A stretch of 64,000 nt of DNA from assembly GCA_963709585.1 (NCBI GenBank), contig CAVPXI010000014.1:288001-352000 (forward strand), in the 5' to 3' direction. The notes beneath the pieces are model-generated. The model was not told the DNA's origin. It was given only the letters and a program-made list of their open reading frames with translations, and ran no database searches. The translations under genes were made by a program, and so were the position numbers. This document shows positions 21,292-30,495 of the stretch, piece after piece; position 1 is the stretch's first letter; each line of letters begins with the position of its first letter. The DNA comes from Candidatus Dormiibacterota bacterium. Lineage in GTDB: Bacteria; Chloroflexota; Dormibacteria; Aeolococcales; Aeolococcaceae.

Positions 21292-22419
21292 GTGACCACC
21301 GCTGAACGCATGGCGCTCGTCGAGCGCCACACCGCCGAGGTCATCGGCGCCGACGAGCTGCCGCCGCTGATGGACGCCGGGCTCGAGTTGCGCCAATACA
21401 TCGGATTCGAGATCTCCGGCAAGGCTCACCTCGGCACCGGGCTGATGAGCATGGCGAAAGTGCGCGATCTCACCGCGGCCGGCGTGCACTGTTCGATCCT
21501 CCTCGCCGACTGGCACACCTGGATCAACGACAAGCTCGGCGGTGACCGCGAGTTGATCCGCCGTATCGCGACCGGCTACTTCACCGAGGCGATCCGCGCC
21601 TCAATCCTGTGCGTCGACGCCGACCCGGGATCGGTCGAGTTCGTACTGGCGTCGGACCTGTACAGGGACGACGACGAGTACTGGGCGACGGTGATCGAGG
21701 TGAGCAAGAACACGACGCTGGCGCGGATGCAGCGCAGCATCAGCATCCTCGGCCGCCAGGAACGGGAGAGCGTCGATTTTGCCAAGCTCATCTACCCGGC
21801 CATGCAGGCCGCCGACATCTTCGCGCTCGGTGCGCATATCGCCCACGCGGGTATGGATCAGCGCAAGGCGCACGTGATCGCCCGCGACGTCGCCATGCAG
21901 ATGCGCATCCACGCCCTTCGTGGCGTGAGCGGGGCACCGATGAAGCCGGTTGCGCTGCATCACCCGCTGCTGCTCGGGCTCCGCCGCCCCCCGGTGTGGC
22001 CCGTGCCGCCGGAGGCGGCGCGCGACGTGTTCGCAGCCATGAAGATGAGCAAGAGCGATCCCGGTTCCGCGGTGTTCGTTCATGACAGCCCTGACGAGAT
22101 CACGGGCAAGATCAGAAAGGCGTTCTGTCCGCCTGGCGAGGTCACCTTCAATCCGATCATGGACTGGATCGAGAAGGTTGTCTTCGATATCGCCGGGGGT
22201 CCCTTCATCGTCGACCGGTCGGAGGCCAACGGCGGCCGGGTGAGCTTCGACGCCTATGACGAGGTGATCACCGCGTACATCAGTGGCGCACTCCATCCGA
22301 TGGACGCCAAGGCCGGGCTCGCCGCCCGGCTCATCGATCTGCTCGAGCCGGCGCGCCTGCATTTTTCGAAACCCGAGGTGCACGCGATGCTCGACGAGGT
22401 CGACGCCGCGATCGCGTAG
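21292..22419 (+). CDS. tyrS: Tyrosine--tRNA ligase, archaeal/eukaryotic type
   Basis: YIGFEISGKAHLG, LADWHTWINDKLGGD, YPAMQAADI, GMDQRKAH, KMSKS..AFCP; 375 aa with no S4 domain. Confidence 0.9.
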   Translation: MTTAERMALVERHTAEVIGADELPPLMDAGLELRQYIGFEISGKAHLGTGLMSMAKVRDLTAAGVHCSILLADWHTWINDKLGGDRELIRRIATGYFTEAIRASILCVDADPGSVEFVLASDLYRDDDEYWATVIEVSKNTTLARMQRSISILGRQERESVDFAKLIYPAMQAADIFALGAHIAHAGMDQRKAHVIARDVAMQMRIHALRGVSGAPMKPVALHHPLLLGLRRPPVWPVPPEAARDVFAAMKMSKSDPGSAVFVHDSPDEITGKIRKAFCPPGEVTFNPIMDWIEKVVFDIAGGPFIVDRSEANGGRVSFDAYDEVITAYISGALHPMDAKAGLAARLIDLLEPARLHFSKPEVHAMLDEVDAAIA

Positions 22420-22423
22420 GCGA

Positions 22424-23431
22424 TCAGCGCAGGCCCACGGCCTCCTGCACGCGCCGCAGCGTCGCGTCTGCCACGACATGCACCCGCGCGGCGGAATCCG
22501 CGAGCAGGCGGCGGAGGGCAGTGTCGTCGCTGCGCAGCTCCGCGTATCGCGCCTGGATGGGGCCGAGCGCGTCGACGACGGAATCGGCGACGGCACCCTT
22601 CAGCACGCTGTAGGTTTTTCCTTCGAAGGCACCCAAGGCCACGTCGGCGCTGATTTCATGGAGGGCTGCGTAGATCTCGAGCAGGTTGGCGACGCCTGCA
22701 CCGAGCGGTTTGTGGACAGCCGGCTCGGTGTCCGTGGTCGCGCGGGCGATCTTGCGGCGCACGACCTCCGGCGGATCGAGCAGCAGCACCGCATGTCCCG
22801 GACGATCCACGGCAATGCTCTTGCTCATCTTCTCGTCGGGCGTGTCGAGTCCCATCACCCGAGCGCCCACCTCGCTGATCAAGGCTGCGGGCACCTTGAA
22901 CACATCGCCGCGCTGCGAGTTGAGCCGGTTGGCGAGGTCGCGGCAGAGCTCGATGTGCTGGCGCTGATCCTCACCGACGGGGACGAAGTCGGCGTCATAC
23001 AGCAGGATGTCCGCAGCCATGAGCACGGGGTAGGTGAAGACCCCGGTGTTGATCCGCTCGCGTCCCTGCGCCTGGATGCGCGCCTTGAACTGGGTCATCC
23101 GGTCGAGCCAGCCCATGGGAGTGAGCGTCTCGAGAATCCAGCAGAGCTGGGTATGCGCCGGAACGTGCGATTGGACGAAGATCTCGCAGCGATCGGGGTC
23201 CAGGCCGCAGGCGATGTACATCGCGGCCAGCTCCATGGTCAGCGAGCGCAGCCGCTCGGGGTCCGGGTGCTGCGTCAGCGCGTGAAGGTCGACGATGCAG
23301 AAGTAGTTCTCGAACCGATCCTGGTCGCGGGCCCAGTTACGCAGCGCACCGAGGTAGTTGCCGAGGTGCAGGCCGAAGTCCGGTTGGATGCCGCTCAGGA
23401 CACGGGGGCGTGGGGCAGCGGTCGGCGACAT
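22424..23431 (-). CDS. trpS: Tryptophan--tRNA ligase
   Basis: SGIQP..HLGNY, YPVLMAADIL, PVGEDQ and KMSKS motifs. Confidence 0.95.
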   Translation of the reverse strand: MSPTAAPRPRVLSGIQPDFGLHLGNYLGALRNWARDQDRFENYFCIVDLHALTQHPDPERLRSLTMELAAMYIACGLDPDRCEIFVQSHVPAHTQLCWILETLTPMGWLDRMTQFKARIQAQGRERINTGVFTYPVLMAADILLYDADFVPVGEDQRQHIELCRDLANRLNSQRGDVFKVPAALISEVGARVMGLDTPDEKMSKSIAVDRPGHAVLLLDPPEVVRRKIARATTDTEPAVHKPLGAGVANLLEIYAALHEISADVALGAFEGKTYSVLKGAVADSVVDALGPIQARYAELRSDDTALRRLLADSAARVHVVADATLRRVQEAVGLR

Positions 23432-23450
23432 CTCGGGCACCAGCCTAGCG

Positions 23451-24323
23451 TCAGGCGCTGCGACGGCGCTGGCGGCGCGGCTTCGCGACCGCCCGCGGTG
23501 ACCAGCACTCCGCGACGAATCCAGCGATCTCCGCGGTGAGCCGTTCCGGCCGGAGGCGCAGCTCGAGGATGTTCGACGCCTCGACGAGACGCGCATGCGG
23601 GAGCTCGCCGGTGAGCACGCCGGCGTCGGAGAAAGGATGCACCGGATCGATGTGGTGCCCGATCACCAGCGCCGGCATGGTCAGCTCACGCCGCTGCGCG
23701 CTGTACGGGGCGATGTGGCTGAAGAACAAGCCCTGGAGCAGCGCGGCGCTCGGACCGGGGTCCTGGCGGACCACGTCAAGCGCGACATTGCCCCAGAAGG
23801 GGACGAGGCGCCGCGGGATCCTGCGAAGCCCCGCAGCGACCGGCCGCATGAGGCGCTCGCCGAAATGCAGCGCCACCAGGAGCGGACCGAATGCGATCAC
23901 CGACGCCACCAGTGCGTTCTCCAGCACCGGCATCTCGATGATCATGCCGCGCACCCGCCGCGGCGCCGCGTGCGCGATCTCCAGGGTCACGTTCGCGCCC
24001 AGGGATGTGCCCCCGATCACGGCCTCGTCGATGTCGAGGTGGTCCAGCAGCGCGATCGCGTCGCTCGCGAACGACTCGATCGAATACTCCGCCATCTCAC
24101 TGGGACGGTCGGAGCGCCCGTGCCCAAGCGGGTCGAGGGTGAGCACATGCGCCCCATTCGCGGCGAGCGCCATCGCAAGGTGTTCCTGCATCAGCGCCGG
24201 GATGAGCAGCCCGGGCAAGAGCAGCACCCAGCGCTTGCCGTCGCCGAACTCCGTGTACGCCAGGCGATGGCCGCGAGTCGTGAACGCCGACGGCACGACC
24301 GGCGGGGGGCGATCAGCGGACAT
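23451..24323 (-). CDS. Alpha/beta hydrolase
   Basis: D..GHGRS and the GTSLG nucleophile elbow. Confidence 0.85.
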   Translation of the reverse strand: MSADRPPPVVPSAFTTRGHRLAYTEFGDGKRWVLLLPGLLIPALMQEHLAMALAANGAHVLTLDPLGHGRSDRPSEMAEYSIESFASDAIALLDHLDIDEAVIGGTSLGANVTLEIAHAAPRRVRGMIIEMPVLENALVASVIAFGPLLVALHFGERLMRPVAAGLRRIPRRLVPFWGNVALDVVRQDPGPSAALLQGLFFSHIAPYSAQRRELTMPALVIGHHIDPVHPFSDAGVLTGELPHARLVEASNILELRLRPERLTAEIAGFVAECWSPRAVAKPRRQRRRSA

Positions 24324-24360
24324 CGCCGCGAACTATGCCCCAAAAACGGCGCGAGCGCCG

Positions 24361-24573
24361 CTACTCGTTCTCGTACTTGAACGAGACGTTGAGGCGGGTG
24401 CGGAACCGCGCGACCTTGCCGTTCTCGACGGTCAGATCGAGCTTGACCACCTCGGCGATGCGCAGGTCGCGCAACGATGAGGATGCGGTCTCGATGGCGA
24501 TCTGGGCTGCCTTCTCCCAGGACTCGGCGCTGGTCCCGACGAGCTCGGTGACGCGGTAGACGCTCTCAGCCAT
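24361..24573 (-). CDS. Dodecin family protein
   Basis: MAESVYRVTELVGTS.ESWE.A...VSFKY, 70 aa. Confidence 0.9.
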   Translation of the reverse strand: MAESVYRVTELVGTSAESWEKAAQIAIETASSSLRDLRIAEVVKLDLTVENGKVARFRTRLNVSFKYENE

Positions 24574-24678
24574 GCAGGTACCCCCTGGACAATGGACGCA
24601 GGAGCGCCATTCTGACCGCCGAGGCGCGCGACCGGTCGCGCGGTACAAGTGACCTAGACATCCCACGGGGATAAGTCG

Positions 24679-25893
24679 TCAAGCAGCAGCCTGACGGATG
24701 GGTGGCCAGGCCACGCGTTCGGAGTAGCAGCAGCGATGTTCGAGACAGCCGTGGAGGATGCCGACGAGACGGTTGGCGAGGGCACGCAGCGCCTGATGGT
24801 GGGTGTGGCCGCGGGCACGATGAGCCGCGTAATAGGCACGTGCGCCCGCTGAATGCGTCAGGGTGCAGAAGGCCCACAGGTAGAGCGCATCGGCGAGACG
24901 GCGGTTGCGCGTCACACGCGCCAGGACCACCGACCGAGTGCCTGAGGCACGAGTGATCGGAGCGCTGCCGGCATAGCAGCGTCGCGCTCTGGCATTCTCA
25001 TAGCGGGTCCGGTCGTCACCGAACTCCGCCAAGACCCGGGCGCCGAGGATCACACCAAGTCCGGGCAGACTGCGCAGGATCTCGGCGTCCGGGTGATCTT
25101 CAAAAGCCTCGGCAAGCTCGGCCTCGAGGGTGGCGATCTGCGCATTGAACTCGCTGATCACGCGCACCATGGCCAGCACCGAGCTGCCATACGCCCTGGC
25201 GAGCAGCGGCGGCGGCGCCAGTTGCGGCGCACGCAGTGCGCGTTGCAAGGCCGCAGCGCGGGGGGCGATCCCGCGACGGCGCCCGCTACGCGCCAGCACC
25301 ACCCGGAGCTGGTTGAGAGTCAGCCGCCGTCCTTGCTCGGGCGTGGGTGCTCGGCTGAGCAACGCCAGTGCGTCCCGACCGGCCAACTCCGTGCCCAGCG
25401 CGTCCAGTGCAGCGGGATAGAACTCCCGCAGCGCGCTGCGCAGCTGATTGGCATGCCGGACGCGCGCCCACACCAACGTCTGATGGGTGCGGGCGAGCAC
25501 TTTCAGACTCTCCGCGAGCTCGCTGTCGCCCGCCATCGGGCGATGGTTCTGGCGATCGGTGCGGACCAACTCGGCCAACACCTTGGCGTCGCCCGGATCC
25601 GACTTCGCCCGCGACACGGTATGGCGATCGCGGTAGCGACTCACCGCGAACGGATTCAGGGCATACACCTGATACCCGGTGGCCACCAACCCTTGCACCA
25701 GCAGACCGCGGTCGGTTTCGATGCCAACCACCACGGTCTCGGGTTTCGAGGTGTGCGCCCCGACCAGCTCATGGATGCGTGCCAGGCCTTCGATCCCATC
25801 GGGGACGCGCGCCTTGTCGAGACGGGCTCCTGCCTCGTCAAGGAGACACACGTCGTGGTGCGCCTCCGCCCAATCGATGCCGAGGTAGACCAT
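24679..25893 (-). CDS. IS110 family transposase/recombinase
   Basis: YLGIDW, GIET and KSDPGDA (DEDD RuvC-like); SLPGLG; YAGSAPITRASG (serine wedge). Confidence 0.96.
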   Translation of the reverse strand: MVYLGIDWAEAHHDVCLLDEAGARLDKARVPDGIEGLARIHELVGAHTSKPETVVVGIETDRGLLVQGLVATGYQVYALNPFAVSRYRDRHTVSRAKSDPGDAKVLAELVRTDRQNHRPMAGDSELAESLKVLARTHQTLVWARVRHANQLRSALREFYPAALDALGTELAGRDALALLSRAPTPEQGRRLTLNQLRVVLARSGRRRGIAPRAAALQRALRAPQLAPPPLLARAYGSSVLAMVRVISEFNAQIATLEAELAEAFEDHPDAEILRSLPGLGVILGARVLAEFGDDRTRYENARARRCYAGSAPITRASGTRSVVLARVTRNRRLADALYLWAFCTLTHSAGARAYYAAHRARGHTHHQALRALANRLVGILHGCLEHRCCYSERVAWPPIRQAAA

Positions 25894-25929
25894 GTGGCGC
25901 TCCTCCTGTGTGAACGCGACAACGAGCCG

Positions 25930-26110
25930 GAGGAGCATCGCGGCGCCCTAATGGATCAGTGCTCGGGGCACGACATCCCACCGGCCGTCTTGTCTCCTCG
26001 CCAACCGTCGGGGCCACGGTCTAGGCCTGGAGCTCAGCGCTCTGAGTCGAAGAGTGGTCACCCGCCGGCGGCTCGGGAGCAGCTTGCTCCTCAGCCGAGC
26101 TGCTCGCCAC
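25930..26110 (-). ncRNA. Putative IS110 bridge RNA (boundaries approximate)
   Basis: 5' hairpin at 26077-26105; target-guide matches at 26051-55 and 26021-25; donor-guide matches at 25972-81 and 25948-54. Confidence 0.8.
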
Positions 26111-26128
26111 CCATTAGAGTCTGGAGCC

Positions 26129-26521
26129 ATGCGAACGCTCATACGAACCGTCGGCCGCCTCTGCATCTCCGGGATCTTCGTTTACTCCGGCTACGGGATG
26201 ATCAAGAATTCGGAGCGCTACGCAAAGCTGGCGGCGGCTGCGCTGCCGGTGCCCGAGGACCCGATGATCGCCAGAGCCCAGGGCGCGACCATGATGGTGG
26301 CCGGTTCCACCCTCGCCCTCGGCATCCTGCCGAAAACGTCTGCCCGACTCCTCGCGCTCACATTGATCCCCAACACATTCGTCGGCCATCCGTTCTGGAA
26401 AGCCCAGAAACCCGAGGATCGGCGCAGTCAGCTCGTCCACTTCCTGAAGAACGCGGGGCTCTTCGGTGGCCTGCTCTATGTGGGCGCGGACAAGCGGACC
26501 GAGCCCCGTCTCGAGGACTGA
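26129..26521 (+). CDS. DoxX family membrane protein
   Basis: GRL..SGIF, HPFW and HFLKN.GL.GG motifs. Confidence 0.85.
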   Translation: MRTLIRTVGRLCISGIFVYSGYGMIKNSERYAKLAAAALPVPEDPMIARAQGATMMVAGSTLALGILPKTSARLLALTLIPNTFVGHPFWKAQKPEDRRSQLVHFLKNAGLFGGLLYVGADKRTEPRLED

Positions 26522-26523
26522 CG

Positions 26524-27381
26524 TCAGCGCGGACCTCCGGCCTCGGCGCTCGCCAGGTAGGCCCGAAGCCCTTCCTGCCAGTCGGGCAGCAGCGGTTCGC
26601 CGAGGTCGCGCCATCCACGGTTCTCGAGCACCGAATAAGCGGGGCGCGCCGCCGGGGTCGGGTACTCCGCGGTGGTGATCGGGACGACGTCGACCGCCAG
26701 ACCGCGGGCACGGATGGCGGCGACTGCCAGGTCGTACCAGGTGGTGGCCCCGCTGTTGGTGAGGTGGTAGGTCCCGGTGGCGCCGAGGTCGAGCAGGCGG
26801 AGCATCGCGGGCGCGAGGTGGCCCGTCCAGGTCGGTGCGCCGTGCTGGTCGGCGACGACCCGAAGCGGCCGGCCCTCGGAGGCGAGGCGCAGCATGGTGA
26901 GCACGAAATTCGGACCCCGGCGCCCGTAGAGCCAGCTGGAGCGCACGATGACATGGTCGGCGCACCGCTCGCGCACTGCGAGCTCGCCGTGCCATTTGGT
27001 CCGCCCGTACGCCGATCGCGGCGCGGGCGCCGCGTTCTCGGGGATGGGCGACGTCGCGGTGCCGTCGAACACGTAGTCAGTGCTCACATGACAGCATCGA
27101 ATGCCGGCGGCCGCGCACGCGCCGGCCACGATGCCGGCGCCGGTCGCGTTCACTGCCTCAGCCTCGGCCTCGTGCTTCTCGGCGGCGTCGACCAGCGTCC
27201 ACGCCGCGCAGTTGATGACCGCGTCGGGCCGCGCCGCGTCGATCGCACCCGTGACCGCGACGGCGTCGGTGATATCGCACGCCTCGCGGCTCAGGCCGAC
27301 CATGTCGTACCCGTGGCGCGCGCCCTCGTCGACGAGGTCGCCGCCGAGCTGTCCGGGCGTGCCGAGCACCAGATACTTCAG
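26524..27381 (-). CDS. rfbD: dTDP-4-dehydrorhamnose reductase (start uncertain, CTG or indel)
   Basis: G..GQLG, NCAAWT.VD.AE, STDYVFDG, YGRTK and DQ.G.PT motifs. Confidence 0.92.
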   Translation of the reverse strand: MKYLVLGTPGQLGGDLVDEGARHGYDMVGLSREACDITDAVAVTGAIDAARPDAVINCAAWTLVDAAEKHEAEAEAVNATGAGIVAGACAAAGIRCCHVSTDYVFDGTATSPIPENAAPAPRSAYGRTKWHGELAVRERCADHVIVRSSWLYGRRGPNFVLTMLRLASEGRPLRVVADQHGAPTWTGHLAPAMLRLLDLGATGTYHLTNSGATTWYDLAVAAIRARGLAVDVVPITTAEYPTPAARPAYSVLENRGWRDLGEPLLPDWQEGLRAYLASAEAGGPR

Positions 27382-27439
27382 CGCCGCTCACCATGCGACC
27401 GACCGGCCGCGGGCTCGCCGGCCACAAGCGCCGTCGCCG

Positions 27440-28501
27440 TCAGAGCTCGACGCGCGAGTGGTCGCCGAGCATGAGGCGAACCGCGGTCGGACGAGCCGGC
27501 GACTTGCAGACCTCGCACTCCTTGCCGATGAGCGACCCGTCGATCTTGCCGGCGATGTCGTGGATGCGAGTGCCCTCGAGGACGATGCTGTTCTCGATCT
27601 CGGCGTTGCGCACGACGCAGTCGAAGTAGATGGACGTGAACGGGCCGATGTAGGCGTTGTCGACGACTGTCCCGCTGCCGATGATCGCGGGTCCGCGGAC
27701 GACGCAATTGCGCAGCGTCGCCCCCTCCTCCACCACGACCTTGCCGTGGAGCCGGACGTCCTCACCCACGGTGCCGTCGCAGCGGGCTTCGAGCGTGTCG
27801 AGGATCATGCGATTGGCCTCGAGGATGTCGTCGAGGCGACCGGTATCCTTCCACCAGCCTTCGATGATGTACGGCATGACCCGCTTGCCCGTGTCGATCA
27901 TGCGCTGGATCGCGTCGGTGATCTCCAACTCGCCGCGTGCACTCGGCTCGATCGCGTCGATGGCCTCGAAGATCAGCGAAGAGAACAGGTAGACGCCCAC
28001 CAGCGCGAGGTCTGAGCGGGGCACCGACGGCTTCTCCACCAGCGAGATCACGCGTCCGTCCTCGAGCTCCGCGACCCCGAAGCGCTGCGGCTCGGGGACC
28101 CGGGCCAGCAGGATCATGGTGTCGGCTTCGGAGCGCTGGAACTCGTCGACGAGCGTGCCGATCCCCTGGGCGATCAGGTTGTCGCCGAGGTACATGACGA
28201 AACTGTCCCCGGCGAGAAAGTCGCGGGCGATGCCCACCGCGTGGGCAAGACCGAGCGGCGCCTCCTGGGCGATGAAGGTGACCTCGGCGTCGAACTTCGA
28301 CCCGTCACCCACCGCTGCGCGCACCTCGTCCGCGGTGTCCCCGACGATGATCCCGATGTCGTGGATCCCGGCCTGGGTCAGCGCGTCGATTGCGTAGAAG
28401 AGAATCGGCCGGTTGGCGACGGGGATGAGTTGCTTCGCGCCGGTATGGGTGATCGGCCGCAGCCGCGTCCCCTTGCCGCCGCTGAGGATGAGCCCCTTCA
28501 T
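27440..28501 (-). CDS. rfbA: Glucose-1-phosphate thymidylyltransferase (long form)
   Basis: LILSGGKGTRLRP.T, RGELEITDA and WKDTG motifs; C-terminal hexapeptide repeats. Confidence 0.92.
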   Translation of the reverse strand: MKGLILSGGKGTRLRPITHTGAKQLIPVANRPILFYAIDALTQAGIHDIGIIVGDTADEVRAAVGDGSKFDAEVTFIAQEAPLGLAHAVGIARDFLAGDSFVMYLGDNLIAQGIGTLVDEFQRSEADTMILLARVPEPQRFGVAELEDGRVISLVEKPSVPRSDLALVGVYLFSSLIFEAIDAIEPSARGELEITDAIQRMIDTGKRVMPYIIEGWWKDTGRLDDILEANRMILDTLEARCDGTVGEDVRLHGKVVVEEGATLRNCVVRGPAIIGSGTVVDNAYIGPFTSIYFDCVVRNAEIENSIVLEGTRIHDIAGKIDGSLIGKECEVCKSPARPTAVRLMLGDHSRVEL

Positions 28502-28731
28502 CGGAGGCTCGGAGCTCGCATAGCCGCAGCGTACCAGCAGCTCACCGGGTCAGCCGGTGGGGCAACGGATCGGCAACGACGTCAGATGCCCCGGTTTCGA
28601 TGGTGGTGGCGCTGCAACGGGCCGCAAAGATCGGTCTGACGAACGCTCCAAACGCCTCGCATCCCCCTACGCTGAGTCCGGCGACGCTCCGAGAGGGGGA
28701 GCGCCGCTCCTACCCCTTGTAGGATGCGCCG

Positions 28732-30429
28732 ATGGGTCGCCATCTCATCACGAGCGCCTTGCCGTATATCAACGGCGTCAAACACCTCGGCAACCTGGTC
28801 GGTTCGATGCTCCCCGCCGACGTGTATGCGCGCTACATGCGCCTGCGTGAGCACGAGGTCCTCTTCATCTGCGCGACCGATGAGCACGGCACACCGGCCG
28901 AGCTCGCCGCGGCGGCTGCGGGGCTGAGCGTTGCCGAGTACTGCGCCGAGCAGCACCAGATCCAGGCCGACCTCGCCCGGCGCTTCGGGTTGTCCTTCGA
29001 CCATTTCGGGCGCAGCTCGTCGGCGCAGAACGCCGAGCTCACCCGGCACTTTGCCGAGCAGCTCCGAGCCAACGGCATGATCGAGGAGCGCGTCACCGAC
29101 CAGGTGTACTCGCTCGATGACGAGCGCTTCCTGCCCGACCGCTACATCATCGGAACCTGCCCGCACTGCAGCTACGATCGTGCCAATGGTGATCAGTGCG
29201 AGAACTGTGCACGGCTGCTCGAGCCGTCGGATCTGATCAACCCGCGGTCCGCGATCTCGGGCAGCACCCGGCTCGAGGTACGCGCCACCCGCCATCTCTT
29301 CATCCGCCAGTCTTTGATGGCCGACCGGGTTCGCGCCTGGATCGACTCACACACCGACTGGCCGATCCTGGTGTCATCAATCGCGCGCAACTGGCTCAAT
29401 GTCGGGCTCGAGGATCGCAGCATCACGCGCGATCTCAAATGGGGCATCCCGGTGGGATGGCCGGGATTCGAGGACAAGGTCTTCTACGTCTGGTTCGACG
29501 CGCCGATCGAGTACATCGGCGCAACCAAGGAGTGGGCCGACCTCGACCCCGGGGTCCGGGACTGGCGCTCCTGGTGGTTCGACGCCGGCGACGTCCGCTA
29601 CACCGAGTTTCTCGGCAAGGACAACATCCCCTTTCACACCATCAACTTCCCGATCACGCTCATGGGATCGGGTGAGCCCTGGAAGCTGGTGGACTATGTC
29701 AAGGGCTTCAACTACCTCACCTACTACGGCGGCAAGTTCTCGACGAGCCAGCAGCGCGGCGTGTTCATGGACGCCGCCATCGAGTTGCTGCCGGCCGACT
29801 ACTGGCGATATGCGCTGCTCGCCTCGGCGCCGGAGTCGGACGACGCCGAGTTCACCTGGGAAAGCTTCGCGCTAACCGTCAACAAAGACCTGGCCGGCAT
29901 CTTCGGCAACTTCGTCCAGCGCACCCTCAAGCTGACCGAGAAGCTCTTCGGGATGACCGTTCCGGACGGAGGCGAGCCGGGTCCGGAGGAGGCGGAGCTC
30001 GCCGCCTCGCTCGACGCGGCGCTGGCGGCGTATGCGGGGGACATGGACGCGATGCGCTTCCGGCCCGCCGCGTTTGCCCTGCGCAGTCTCTGGACGCTCG
30101 GGAATCAGTACCTCGATCGCTGCGCGCCCTGGCACGAGACTGACATGGCGCGGGTCGCGTGCATCCTGCGCACGGCCATCAACGTCGCGCGCATCGAGGC
30201 GATCGTGTCGGCTCCGTTTGTGCCCTTCGGCTGCGATCGGCTCGCTTCGATCCTCGGTCTTCAAGCCGGCGAGCGCTCGTGGCCTGGCGCCGCGACCGAC
30301 GAGCTGCTGACGCTCGGGCCCGGGCGCACCCTGCAGATGGGCGATCCCCTGTTCCCGAGAATCGGCGACCGAAGCACGCTCGCAACCTGGGTCGCCGAGA
30401 TGGAACAGCGTTTCGGCGGCCCTACCTAA
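28732..30429 (+). CDS. metG: Methionine--tRNA ligase
   Basis: [33 protein letters not shown] and KFSTS motifs. Confidence 0.95.
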   Translation: MGRHLITSALPYINGVKHLGNLVGSMLPADVYARYMRLREHEVLFICATDEHGTPAELAAAAAGLSVAEYCAEQHQIQADLARRFGLSFDHFGRSSSAQNAELTRHFAEQLRANGMIEERVTDQVYSLDDERFLPDRYIIGTCPHCSYDRANGDQCENCARLLEPSDLINPRSAISGSTRLEVRATRHLFIRQSLMADRVRAWIDSHTDWPILVSSIARNWLNVGLEDRSITRDLKWGIPVGWPGFEDKVFYVWFDAPIEYIGATKEWADLDPGVRDWRSWWFDAGDVRYTEFLGKDNIPFHTINFPITLMGSGEPWKLVDYVKGFNYLTYYGGKFSTSQQRGVFMDAAIELLPADYWRYALLASAPESDDAEFTWESFALTVNKDLAGIFGNFVQRTLKLTEKLFGMTVPDGGEPGPEEAELAASLDAALAAYAGDMDAMRFRPAAFALRSLWTLGNQYLDRCAPWHETDMARVACILRTAINVARIEAIVSAPFVPFGCDRLASILGLQAGERSWPGAATDELLTLGPGRTLQMGDPLFPRIGDRSTLATWVAEMEQRFGGPT

Positions 30430-30495
30430 CGTTTGGCGCTTCTGGTGCGTTAGTAACCTTTTCGACAGGTCTCCGAGGTATTCTGTTGGGTACAG

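Larger units (their letters stand above)
24656..26117 (-). mobile_element. Complete IS110-family element with the CT core duplicated at both ends
   Basis: On the minus strand: flank-CT-AATGGG...GGGATGT-CT-flank. No terminal inverted repeats; DEDD transposase; 5' non-coding end. Confidence 0.9.

Noticed and set aside
28502-28731. T-box or SAM riboswitch upstream of metG
   Set aside because: No T-box or SAM consensus; metG appears leaderless.
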